In this document: positions 8,466 to 16,001 of the stretch, one piece after another
Layout: every line of letters starts with the position of its first letter
How positions within the stretch are numbered: the first letter of the stretch is position 1
NCBI GenBank assembly: GCA_902578545.1
Contig: CACHDI010000023.1
Span: 1-17,285, forward strand
Direction: 5' to 3'
Origin: an uncultured Alphaproteobacteria bacterium
Lineage (GTDB): Bacteria; Pseudomonadota; Alphaproteobacteria; Rhodobacterales; Rhodobacteraceae
DNA: 17,285 nt
The notes under the pieces: generated by a model
The model's input: only the letters and a program-made list of their open reading frames with translations
The model's database searches: none
What the model was told of the DNA's origin: nothing
Program-made: the position numbers and the translations under genes

Positions 8466-9653
8466 CTATAATAAACATTTAATACCAGGCAAACTTTTTC
8501 CTTCCATCCATTCCAAAAATGCACCGCCTGCTAAAGATACATAAGAAAATTTCTTATCAGCTTTTGACTTCTTTAAAGCAGATACAGTATCACCGCCTCC
8601 AGCAACAGAAATCAATTTACCACTTTCAGTAAGTTTACCTGCACAAAGGGATGTATCAATAGTTCCATTATCAAATGGCTCTAATTCAAAAGCACCCATA
8701 GGTCCATTCCAAATAAGGGTCTTTGAAATTGAAAAAATTTCATTAATTTTTTTACAGGTAGATGGTCCAATATCTAAAATCATTTCGTCTTTTTTTATAT
8801 TATTTAAGTCTTTGATATTGTATTTAGCATTAGCTTTAAACTCAGAGGCTACAACTACATCTTCAGGGAGTATAATCTCACAGTTGTTTTTTTTCGCAGT
8901 ATACATTACTTCTAAAGATGTTTCTTTTAGATCTTTCTCACATAATGAATTTCCAATTTGTATACCCTGAGCAAAAAGAAAAGTATTAGCCATTCCACCT
9001 CCAATGACTAAATAATCAACTTTTTTGATTAAATTTAATAATAAATTTAATTTTGATGAAATTTTTGCACCTCCAACAACTGCAGTTAAGGGCTTTTTTG
9101 GATTTTTTAGAACTAATTCTAGGGTATCTATTTCTTTTTTCATGTGATGACCTACACAATTTGGAAGGAATTTAGCTAGCCCAACAGTTGAAGCGTGTGC
9201 TCTATGAGATGCAGAGAATGCATCATTACAAAATATGTCGCCTAAGCTAGATAACTTTTCAGCAAAATTCTCATCATTCATTTCCTCTTCTGGGCAAAAT
9301 CTTGTATTTTCTAATAACAGAATTTCACCTTTTTGAAGGCTATTTATTGTTTTTTTTACATTTTCACCAATAATCTCAGAAGAAAATTTTATAGGAAAAT
9401 TTAAAAGTTCCTCTAACAAAGGAACAACTTGTATTAAGCTATATTCTTTAAAATATGATCCATTTGGTCTACCAAAATGAGAAATTAAAATAGTTTTTCC
9501 ACCTACGGACTGAATATATTTTATTGTTGGTATAATTCCTACAACTCTTGATGAATCAGATATAGCACCATTTTCAATAGGAACATTTAGATCTACCCTT
9601 ACTAATATTTTTTTATTAGTGAGATTATGATCAGTTAGTGTCTTTAAATTCAT
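8466..9653 (-). CDS. pgk: Phosphoglycerate kinase
   Basis: 395 aa. It opens with LTNKKILVRVDLNVPIENG, has HFGRPNG, FCNDAFSASHRAHAS and AVVGGAKISSKL, and ends with the classical PGK C-terminus SLAGGAFLEWMEGKSLPGI. Confidence 0.95.
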   Translation of the reverse strand: MNLKTLTDHNLTNKKILVRVDLNVPIENGAISDSSRVVGIIPTIKYIQSVGGKTILISHFGRPNGSYFKEYSLIQVVPLLEELLNFPIKFSSEIIGENVKKTINSLQKGEILLLENTRFCPEEEMNDENFAEKLSSLGDIFCNDAFSASHRAHASTVGLAKFLPNCVGHHMKKEIDTLELVLKNPKKPLTAVVGGAKISSKLNLLLNLIKKVDYLVIGGGMANTFLFAQGIQIGNSLCEKDLKETSLEVMYTAKKNNCEIILPEDVVVASEFKANAKYNIKDLNNIKKDEMILDIGPSTCKKINEIFSISKTLIWNGPMGAFELEPFDNGTIDTSLCAGKLTESGKLISVAGGGDTVSALKKSKADKKFSYVSLAGGAFLEWMEGKSLPGIKCLL

Positions 9654-9672
9654 TAAATTTTCAATTTTTGGT

Positions 9673-11694
9673 TTAATTAAAGTTTTCTTTAACCTTATTT
9701 ATGACATTTTCTTCAGTTATTCCAAAATGCTCATAGAGGTCTCCGGCAGGTGCTGAAGCTCCAAAATCGTTCATACCAACAAAAAAGTTATTTTTATTTT
9801 TTCGCCAACCTGCATGTAACCATTTATCCCAACCCATTGGTGAAGCTGCCTCAATACCTACAACTAAGCAGTTAGAAGTCAGTACTTTTTTTTGATACTT
9901 TATATCTTGTTTTTCAAATAATTCCCAGCAAGGCATTGACACTACTCTTGTTCCAATACCGTCATTTTCTAATTCTTTTTGTGCACTTAATGCAATGGAA
10001 ACCTCAGATCCAGAAGCAACTAGTACAACTTTCTTGGACAAAGTTGCTTCGCTTATAATATAGGCACCAAAATTAGTTAAATTTTTTGATGAATACTTTT
10101 TTCTAACTGTAGGTAAATTTTGTCTGGATAATGCAATTGTGGAGGGTGTATTTTTATTTTCTAAAGCAATTTCCCAAGTTTCAGCAGTTTCAACAGTGTC
10201 TGCAGGTCTAAATACAAACATATTTGGTGTTGCTCTTAACATCGCTAAATGCTCTATAGGCTGGTGAGTAGGACCATCCTCGCCTAAACCTATACTATCA
10301 TGTGTCATAACATAGATTACTCTAATTTTCATCAAAGAAGATAACCTAATCGCACCTCTTGCATAATCAGTGAATGCTAAAAAGGTTCCTCCGTATGGTA
10401 TGAGACCGCCATGAAGAGATATACCATTCATAGCCGCAGCCATTGCATGCTCTCTTATGCCATAATGAATATACCGTCCTTTTTTATTTTCAGGAGAAAA
10501 AATACCAAGTTCAGGAGTAAGTGTATTATTTGATCCTGTTAGGTCTGCGGATCCTCCAATAGTAAACGGGATATTTTTGTTGATTACAGCTAAAGTTAAT
10601 TCTGATGATTTCCTGGTAGCTATTGTTGGTTTATCCTCAATTATAGTTTTTTTAAATCTATTAAATTTATTTTTTAGTGAGTTAGGAATATCACCAGATA
10701 TAGATTGAATAAAATAACTTTTATTATTCTTTGACATATTATTAAGATATTGAAGCCATTGTTCTTTAATAACTTTATTTCTTTTTCCAATGCTCAGCCA
10801 AGCCTTTTTAGTTTCTTCAGGTAAGTGAAATGGTTCATAATTCCATTCAAAAATTTCTCGTATAAGTTTAATTTCTTCTTCTCCAAGAGGTGATCCATGC
10901 GCACTAGCTTTTCCTGCTTTATTTGGAGATCCGAAACCAATTAATGTTTTGCAGCTTATTAATGAGGGTTTATTACTTTTTTTTGCTTTTGAAATTACGT
11001 CATCTATTTCATTTGGATTATGTCCGTCACATTCGAATGTTGACCAATTAGATGATTTAAAACGGTCTATCTGATTTGTAACACAAGATTTGTGAATCTC
11101 ACCATCAATTGTAATACCGTTATTATCCCATAATACAATGAGGTTTGACAACTCATGTTTTCCTGCAAGAGTTATCGATTCTTGGCTAATACCTTCCATC
11201 AGGCATCCATCTCCTGCTAATACATAAGTTTTATGATCGACTAAATTTTTGCCCCATTTTTTTCTCAAGATCAGCTCGGCAATAGCCATTCCTACGCCAG
11301 TAGCTAAACCTTGTCCTAACGGTCCAGTAGTCGTTTCTATTCCTTTAATATGTCCAAATTCAGGGTGACCTGCTGTTTTAGAGCCAATTTGACGGAAATT
11401 TTTAATATCATCTAAACTGATATCTTTATAACCCGTAAGATATAAAATTGAATATAACAACATTGATCCATGACCTGCTGATAAGATAAATCTATCTCTA
11501 TCAGGCCAGTCTGGATCATTTGGATCAAATTTAAGGTGATTCTTAAATAGAACAGTACATACGTCAGCCATACCCATAGGCATTCCAGGATGACCTGAAT
11601 TTGCTTTCTGCACAGCATCTATGGATAACATTCTTATGGCTGTTGCTTTTTCCCAATGCTCCTTAAAATTTTTCTTTAGATCGACTACATCCAT
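9673..11694 (-). CDS. tkt: Transketolase
   Basis: 673 aa. The N-terminus reads IRMLSIDAVQKANSGHPGMPMGMAD, the thiamine-diphosphate motif is GDGCLMEGISQE, and the Pyr domain (THDSIGLGEDGPTHQPIEHLAMLRATPN) and C-terminal domain are present. Confidence 0.95.
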   Translation of the reverse strand: MDVVDLKKNFKEHWEKATAIRMLSIDAVQKANSGHPGMPMGMADVCTVLFKNHLKFDPNDPDWPDRDRFILSAGHGSMLLYSILYLTGYKDISLDDIKNFRQIGSKTAGHPEFGHIKGIETTTGPLGQGLATGVGMAIAELILRKKWGKNLVDHKTYVLAGDGCLMEGISQESITLAGKHELSNLIVLWDNNGITIDGEIHKSCVTNQIDRFKSSNWSTFECDGHNPNEIDDVISKAKKSNKPSLISCKTLIGFGSPNKAGKASAHGSPLGEEEIKLIREIFEWNYEPFHLPEETKKAWLSIGKRNKVIKEQWLQYLNNMSKNNKSYFIQSISGDIPNSLKNKFNRFKKTIIEDKPTIATRKSSELTLAVINKNIPFTIGGSADLTGSNNTLTPELGIFSPENKKGRYIHYGIREHAMAAAMNGISLHGGLIPYGGTFLAFTDYARGAIRLSSLMKIRVIYVMTHDSIGLGEDGPTHQPIEHLAMLRATPNMFVFRPADTVETAETWEIALENKNTPSTIALSRQNLPTVRKKYSSKNLTNFGAYIISEATLSKKVVLVASGSEVSIALSAQKELENDGIGTRVVSMPCWELFEKQDIKYQKKVLTSNCLVVGIEAASPMGWDKWLHAGWRKNKNNFFVGMNDFGASAPAGDLYEHFGITEENVINKVKENFN

Positions 11695-11922
11695 TTAATT
11701 TCCAGTATTTCAATTTGTGTGCTGTATTTTCACATAAATTAAATATATCTAATAAAATTTGTTGACAATAGTTTTTACCCTACTTCTCAAAAAAAAATCT
11801 TTATAAATAAATCAATGTAATTTTCAAAAAATATAAATTTTTTGTTGTTATTATAATAAAACTGTAAATATAATTGATTTAATTTGAATTTAATTAATAA
11901 TTTAAATTATAAGGACAAAAAA
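11695..11922. promoter_or_regulatory. Divergent intergenic region between tkt (-) and zauP-zapA (+). It presumably carries both promoters.
   Basis: This is the largest non-coding stretch in the window (228 bp, over 80% A+T). It contains TTGACA at 11761-11766, several TATAAT-like hexamers (for example ttattataataaa around 11850) and an AAGGA Shine-Dalgarno at 11911-11915. Confidence 0.35.
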
Positions 11923-12186
11923 ATGAACGAGATTAAAGAATTAGAAAAAAATATCTATGATACAATCTCAAAGATTGAAGCAACCTTGTCCAAATTTAAT
12001 TCAGGAAATGCTGATTTAAATATTCCAAAAAAAATAGACTCAAATGAAATAAGTAAATTAGAAGAAGAAAATTTACTTTTGAAAGAAAAGATGAATCAAC
12101 TCAAAAATGAACATCAAAAAGATCTTGATAATTTGAATAGGATTTTGGAGGAATTGAATTCTGTTTTGGGAGATGAAAATGTCTGA
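11923..12186 (+). CDS. Small coiled-coil protein upstream of zapA (ZauP-like ZapA-associated protein)
   Basis: About 87 aa, predicted entirely coiled coil (KELEKNIYDTISKIEATL...LEEENLLLKEKMNQLKNEHQKDLDNLNRILEEL). An AAGGA Shine-Dalgarno sits 7 nt upstream of the ATG at 11923, so the ORF-track start at 11884 is probably an over-extension. Its stop overlaps the zapA start (atgaaaatgtctga). This position matches zauP upstream of zapA in Caulobacter and relatives. Confidence 0.45.
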   Translation: MNEIKELEKNIYDTISKIEATLSKFNSGNADLNIPKKIDSNEISKLEEENLLLKEKMNQLKNEHQKDLDNLNRILEELNSVLGDENV

Positions 12187-12673
12187 AGTAGAAATAAATG
12201 TAGGTGGAAGAAAATATGCAATAGCCTGTAATCCTGGAGAAGAAACAGATGTTCTAGCTGCATCAGAGGAATTAAATAAAGAAGCTAAAAATATGATAAA
12301 TGCTATTGGAAAAGTTCCTGATGTAAAACTTTTACTAATGGCTGGATTGATGGTTAGTGGTCGTTTAAAAACTATTGAAAAGGAATTATTAACAAAAAAC
12401 AAAGAAATTTTAGAAATTAATACAGCCTCGTTAAATTTAAAAAATCAAATTCAAGAATTAACCAATTCAAATCATGAAATTCAAAAAAAAGAAAAATTAG
12501 ATTTAACTAAACCTTATATTGATGAAACCTCAGTAACTAAAATTCTAGTATCCATTCATGAAAAATTAAAAACTCTGATAGAAAAGGATGGTGTAGATCT
12601 TGAAGAAAAGGAAAATATAAACAATAGCGGTGAAATAAATAAGGAAGAAACTGATCAACAAGAATTATTTTAA
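12173..12673 (+). CDS. zapA: Cell division protein ZapA with an extended coiled-coil C-terminus
   Basis: 166 aa. The N-terminus MSEVEINVGGRKYAIACNPGEETDVLAASEELNKEAKNMINAIGKVPDVKLLLMAGLMVSGRL aligns with the ZapA family (compare E. coli [33 protein letters not shown]...). A long coiled-coil and acidic tail follow. The start could be the second ATG at 12179. Confidence 0.75.
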   Translation: MKMSEVEINVGGRKYAIACNPGEETDVLAASEELNKEAKNMINAIGKVPDVKLLLMAGLMVSGRLKTIEKELLTKNKEILEINTASLNLKNQIQELTNSNHEIQKKEKLDLTKPYIDETSVTKILVSIHEKLKTLIEKDGVDLEEKENINNSGEINKEETDQQELF

Positions 12674-12681
12674 CTAAAAAA

Positions 12682-13047
12682 CTAATCTTTATTAGCTTCC
12701 CTTATTTTTGTTGCAGCCTCTGAACTATAACTAATCTTATTTTTTTTTAAGAGTTCGTCTAATTCTCCAGACATAGCCATTTCAGTAATAATATCGCATC
12801 CCCCTACAAATTCACCTTTGATATAGAGTTGAGGTATAGTTGGCCATTCTGAAAAACTCTTTATTCCCTCTCTTAAATCCTCATTTTCTAATACATTTAC
12901 GTCTTTATAAACTACTTCTAGGTAATTTAAAACACCAGCAACTCTACTAGAAAAGCCACATTGGGGCATTGAGGAAGTTCCTTTCATGTATAGAACAACA
13001 TCATTTTCTGAAATTTCATTTTTTATATTATTTATAACTTCATTCAT
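12682..13047 (-). CDS. grxD: Monothiol glutaredoxin (Grx4 family)
   Basis: About 121 aa starting at MNEVINNIK... It has the CGFS active site (MPQCGFSSRV), WPTIPQLYIKGEFVGGCDI and a C-terminal MAMSGELDELL. A GGAGG Shine-Dalgarno sits 7 nt upstream of this ATG. The ORF-track start at 13131 would require reading through the bolA stop and is rejected. Confidence 0.9.
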   Translation of the reverse strand: MNEVINNIKNEISENDVVLYMKGTSSMPQCGFSSRVAGVLNYLEVVYKDVNVLENEDLREGIKSFSEWPTIPQLYIKGEFVGGCDIITEMAMSGELDELLKKNKISYSSEAATKIREANKD

Positions 13048-13294
13048 TTTTTTCCTCCGGTATTTTTGTAGTAAGTGCAAGTGCATGGAGTGCTCCGTTT
13101 GGACCATCCATTTTTCCTTTAAGAGCTGCATATACTAATTGATGTTGCTTAACTCTGGTTAGGCCCTTAAATTCATTAGCCGTTATAACAGCTGAATAAT
13201 GGTTCTTGTCTCCTGCTAAATCTTCAACCTGAATTGTTGCAGTTGGAAATGCATCTTTTAATAGTTTTTCAATTTCAATACCATCAATTGCCAT
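13040..13294 (-). CDS. bolA: BolA-family protein
   Basis: 84 aa. IEKLLKDAFPTATIQVEDLAGDKNHYSAVITANEFKGLTRVKQHQLVYAAL matches the BolA fold signature (helix-turn-helix with a conserved H..[VI]Y). The purL-bolA-grxD order is a conserved alphaproteobacterial neighbourhood. The 3' end overlaps the grxD start by 8 nt. Confidence 0.8.
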   Translation of the reverse strand: MAIDGIEIEKLLKDAFPTATIQVEDLAGDKNHYSAVITANEFKGLTRVKQHQLVYAALKGKMDGPNGALHALALTTKIPEEKNE

Positions 13295-13355
13295 TGTATT
13301 TCCTACTTTTGATTAACATTTAGGTTCAAATATATGTTTGTGTATTATATATAAT

Positions 13356-15038
13356 CTAATTTACTAAATCATCTAGTCCATTATAAAAAATAGTTTTTAG
13401 TTCATCAATTTTAGAAGTTTGTTTTCCAACTTTAAATATTCCGTCATTGAAATAACCTAATTTTTGTAAAGAAATTCTATTTGATTGAGCCATCTTTAAA
13501 ATAGATTCTACCTTAGTTTTTTCGCAAACTATCAAATATAGTCCTTGATTTTCTCCAAAAAGCCAATTTATGTCATCTGTGTTAAAAACAAAACCAATAT
13601 TGTTAAGAATACATATTTCAGCTGTAGCAAGTAAAATTCCACCATCTGAAACATCATGACCACCTACAATAAGTTCACTTCTATTTATTTCAAAAATAAA
13701 TTCTGAGATTTTTCTTTCTTTTTGAAAATTGATTTTAGGTACAGGGCCCGCTTTCTCTGCAGAAATTTTCAAAACCTCTCGAAAAAAAGCAGATTGACCA
13801 AGATTATTAGGATTTTCCCCAATTAAAAGTAAAGAGTCACCCACCTTTGCTTTTATTTTAATAATTTCTTTTAAATTTTTTATTATACCTACTCCTCCAA
13901 TTGTAGGAGTGGGTAAAATTGGGCAACCATTAGTTTCATTATAAAGGCTTACGTTTCCAGATACTACCGGCATGTTCAATTCTTTCGATGCCTCAGAAAT
14001 ACCTTTTATGCAGCCAACAATTTGACCCATTATTTCTGATTTCTCAGGATTACCAAAATTTAAATTGTTTGTTATTGCTAACGGCTTTGCCCCTGAAATG
14101 ACTAGATTACGAAAAGTTTCAGTTACTGCTTGAATCCCACCTAATATGGGATCTTGTTCACAATATCTTGGATTACAGTCTAAAGTACAAGCAATTGCTT
14201 TTTCCGAGTTATTTATTTTTACAATCCCAGCATTGGCTCCTGGTGGTAAAATTGTACTAGATAAAACCATATGATCAAATTGTTCCCAAATTACTTTCCT
14301 TGAACAATGATTTGGACTGGATAATAATATTTTAAGAGCTTCCATTGGATTGACAGTAGAAGAATTGAATCTAGGTAAAGTGGTAATCTTATTTTTAATT
14401 TTCCAATTTCTATCATACTCAGGTGAATTATTTGATAAGGCCAGTAGTGGTAAGTCCGCTTCTATTTTCCCTTTATGATAAACTTTAAATCTATCTTCAG
14501 AAATTGTTTTTCCAATTATTGAAAAATCTAAATCCCATTTTTGAAAAATTTCTCTAGCAATTTTTTCTTTACCAGGAGCAAGAGTCATAAGCATTCTTTC
14601 TTGACTTTCTGATAACATCATTTCATAGGCGTGCATGTTAGTTTCTCTTACAGGGACTTTATCAAGCTCCAGATATACACCTAAATTTCCTTTACCAGCC
14701 ATTTCAACAGCTGAACAAGTAAGTCCAGCTGCTCCCATATCTTGTATAGAAATTACTGCTCCATTATTCATAAGTTCCAAACAAGCTTCTAACAGGCATT
14801 TTTCCATAAAAGGGTCTCCTATTTGAACTGTTGGTCTCTCCTTTTCCTTTTTACTATTGAATTCATTCGAAGCCATTGTGGCTCCACCTATTCCGTCTCT
14901 ACCTGTTTTTGCTCCTAAATAAACTAAAGGTAGATCGGGTCCAGTTGCACCAGAATAAAAAATACTATCTTTTTTAACGATACCTGCTGCAAAAACATTC
15001 ACTAGGCAATTACCATCATAAGATGGATCAAATCTTAA
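13356..15038 (-). other. purL: PurL (phosphoribosylformylglycinamidine synthase II) segment. It lacks the N-terminal roughly 185 aa that carries the HNHPS / GAATGVGG catalytic motifs.
   Basis: Homology starts at the conserved FDPSYDGN block and runs to the normal PurL C-terminus (about 560 aa). The position upstream of bolA-grxD is the native purL position in alphaproteobacteria. Confidence 0.8.
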
Positions 15039-15944
15039 TTCTCCTCGTGCTTGGGCAAGTGCTTGATACTCATAAGCATCCGCTTTTTTCTCTAAGGTAT
15101 CTCTTTCTTGTTCAGCGGCTTGTACATCTCTAAATGCATCTATAACTTCTCCAGGTGGATCAGCTTTATCAAAATTTAAACGAACTATATTTACACCACT
15201 ACTATATGTATCTAAAATATTTTGAATTAACTCTCTAACATCGGCACTTACTAAAGCTCTATCCCTGTTAAGAATAGGACTCAGTTCAGATCTACCAATA
15301 ACCTCTCTCATTGCAGATTCTGACACAGCTCTGATTGTCTCTGTAGGGTCAGCTAAGTTAAATAAAAATTTTGCAGGATCAGAGATATTCCAAACAACTT
15401 GAAAGTCAATATCAACTATATTTTCGTCACCTGTTAGCATCAAGCCTTCATCTTGTCTTCCTCCTCTACCTCCAACGCCAATGTCTTCAGTATTTTCTCT
15501 AGTGACTGTAAGAACTTCATGCGTAATGAGTGGCCATGGTGCAAAATTAAGGCCTGATTCACCAGTATCGTAATATTCTCCAAAGAAAAGTTCGATTGAC
15601 TTTTCTTCAGGTTTGACAGTGTAAAAAGATAAAAATGCCCAAATTACTACAATACCTACTAATATAAGTGATAATGTACTTCTACCAAAATTAGGCGCAC
15701 CTCCTCTGCCAGGTCCACTACCACCTGAAGATCCGCCTCTACCACCCATAAGAACTTTAAGTCTTTCCTGACCTTTTTTTACGATTTGATCAATTTCAGG
15801 TATTCCAGTATCACCTTGGCCAGGACCACTTCCATTATTTCCAGAATTTCCACCCCAAGGGCTTTTATTTCCATTACTATTTTTATCTTGCTTTTTTCCA
15901 GATCCCCAAGGGCCATCAGAGTCATCTTTGTAGGGCATAGTCAC
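13356..15944 (-). CDS. Chimeric 862-aa ORF. N-terminal HflK-like fragment (residues 1-302) fused in frame to PurL (FGAM synthase subunit II) lacking its first roughly 185 residues.
   Basis: Residues 1-302 have a Gly-rich tail (PWGG...GGRGGSSGGSGPGRGG), a transmembrane helix (LSLILVGIVVIWAFLSFY) and an SPFH/band-7 domain. They align to E. coli HflK through ...PPGEVIDAFRDVQAAEQER..ADAYEY..ARGE. Residues 303-862 (LRFDPSYDGNCLVNV...AKTGRDGIGGATMASNEF...VQIGDPFMEKCLLEACLEL...IQDMGAAGL...YEMMLSESQERML...) align to PurL from about residue 185 to the end. The ORF-track start is GTG at 15944. An ATG at 15938 with an AAGGA Shine-Dalgarno is the more likely start. Confidence 0.7.
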   Translation of the reverse strand: MTMPYKDDSDGPWGSGKKQDKNSNGNKSPWGGNSGNNGSGPGQGDTGIPEIDQIVKKGQERLKVLMGGRGGSSGGSGPGRGGAPNFGRSTLSLILVGIVVIWAFLSFYTVKPEEKSIELFFGEYYDTGESGLNFAPWPLITHEVLTVTRENTEDIGVGGRGGRQDEGLMLTGDENIVDIDFQVVWNISDPAKFLFNLADPTETIRAVSESAMREVIGRSELSPILNRDRALVSADVRELIQNILDTYSSGVNIVRLNFDKADPPGEVIDAFRDVQAAEQERDTLEKKADAYEYQALAQARGELRFDPSYDGNCLVNVFAAGIVKKDSIFYSGATGPDLPLVYLGAKTGRDGIGGATMASNEFNSKKEKERPTVQIGDPFMEKCLLEACLELMNNGAVISIQDMGAAGLTCSAVEMAGKGNLGVYLELDKVPVRETNMHAYEMMLSESQERMLMTLAPGKEKIAREIFQKWDLDFSIIGKTISEDRFKVYHKGKIEADLPLLALSNNSPEYDRNWKIKNKITTLPRFNSSTVNPMEALKILLSSPNHCSRKVIWEQFDHMVLSSTILPPGANAGIVKINNSEKAIACTLDCNPRYCEQDPILGGIQAVTETFRNLVISGAKPLAITNNLNFGNPEKSEIMGQIVGCIKGISEASKELNMPVVSGNVSLYNETNGCPILPTPTIGGVGIIKNLKEIIKIKAKVGDSLLLIGENPNNLGQSAFFREVLKISAEKAGPVPKINFQKERKISEFIFEINRSELIVGGHDVSDGGILLATAEICILNNIGFVFNTDDINWLFGENQGLYLIVCEKTKVESILKMAQSNRISLQKLGYFNDGIFKVGKQTSKIDELKTIFYNGLDDLVN
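15039..15944 (-). other. hflK: HflK-like segment of the chimeric ORF (Gly-rich N-tail, transmembrane helix, SPFH domain). The C-terminal roughly 100 aa of HflK is missing, and there is no hflC downstream.
   Basis: Alignment to the HflK family ends at ...ARGE (codon 302, DNA 15039-15041). The expected continuation (coiled-coil C-terminus) is absent, as is the partner gene hflC. Confidence 0.65.
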
Positions 15945-16001
15945 ATCCTTAATTAGTTTCTATTTAATTGTGGCTTATTAACAAAATTTCAAGAGAACAT
16001 T

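Noticed and set aside
11695-11922. Possible small RNA or tRNA in the only sizeable intergenic region
   Set aside because: The 228 bp are over 80% A+T with no G/C-rich helices. No cloverleaf-compatible stems or conserved sRNA motifs are visible. The content is best explained by two divergent promoters.
13048-13131. Long N-terminal extension of grxD (ORF-track start at 13131) overlapping most of the bolA 3' end
   Set aside because: It requires an 84-nt out-of-frame overlap with conserved bolA codons and yields a non-conserved leader. The internal ATG with a GGAGG Shine-Dalgarno gives a canonical Grx4 N-terminus.
13356-15944. Reading the 862-aa ORF as a novel multi-domain membrane protein, or a new biological system, in its own right
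   Set aside because: Both halves are clear, ordinary homologues of well-known single-function proteins (HflK, PurL), each truncated at a position that removes essential parts. A chimera, misassembly or deletion explains it more simply than a new functional architecture. It is reported as a finding to verify, not as a system.
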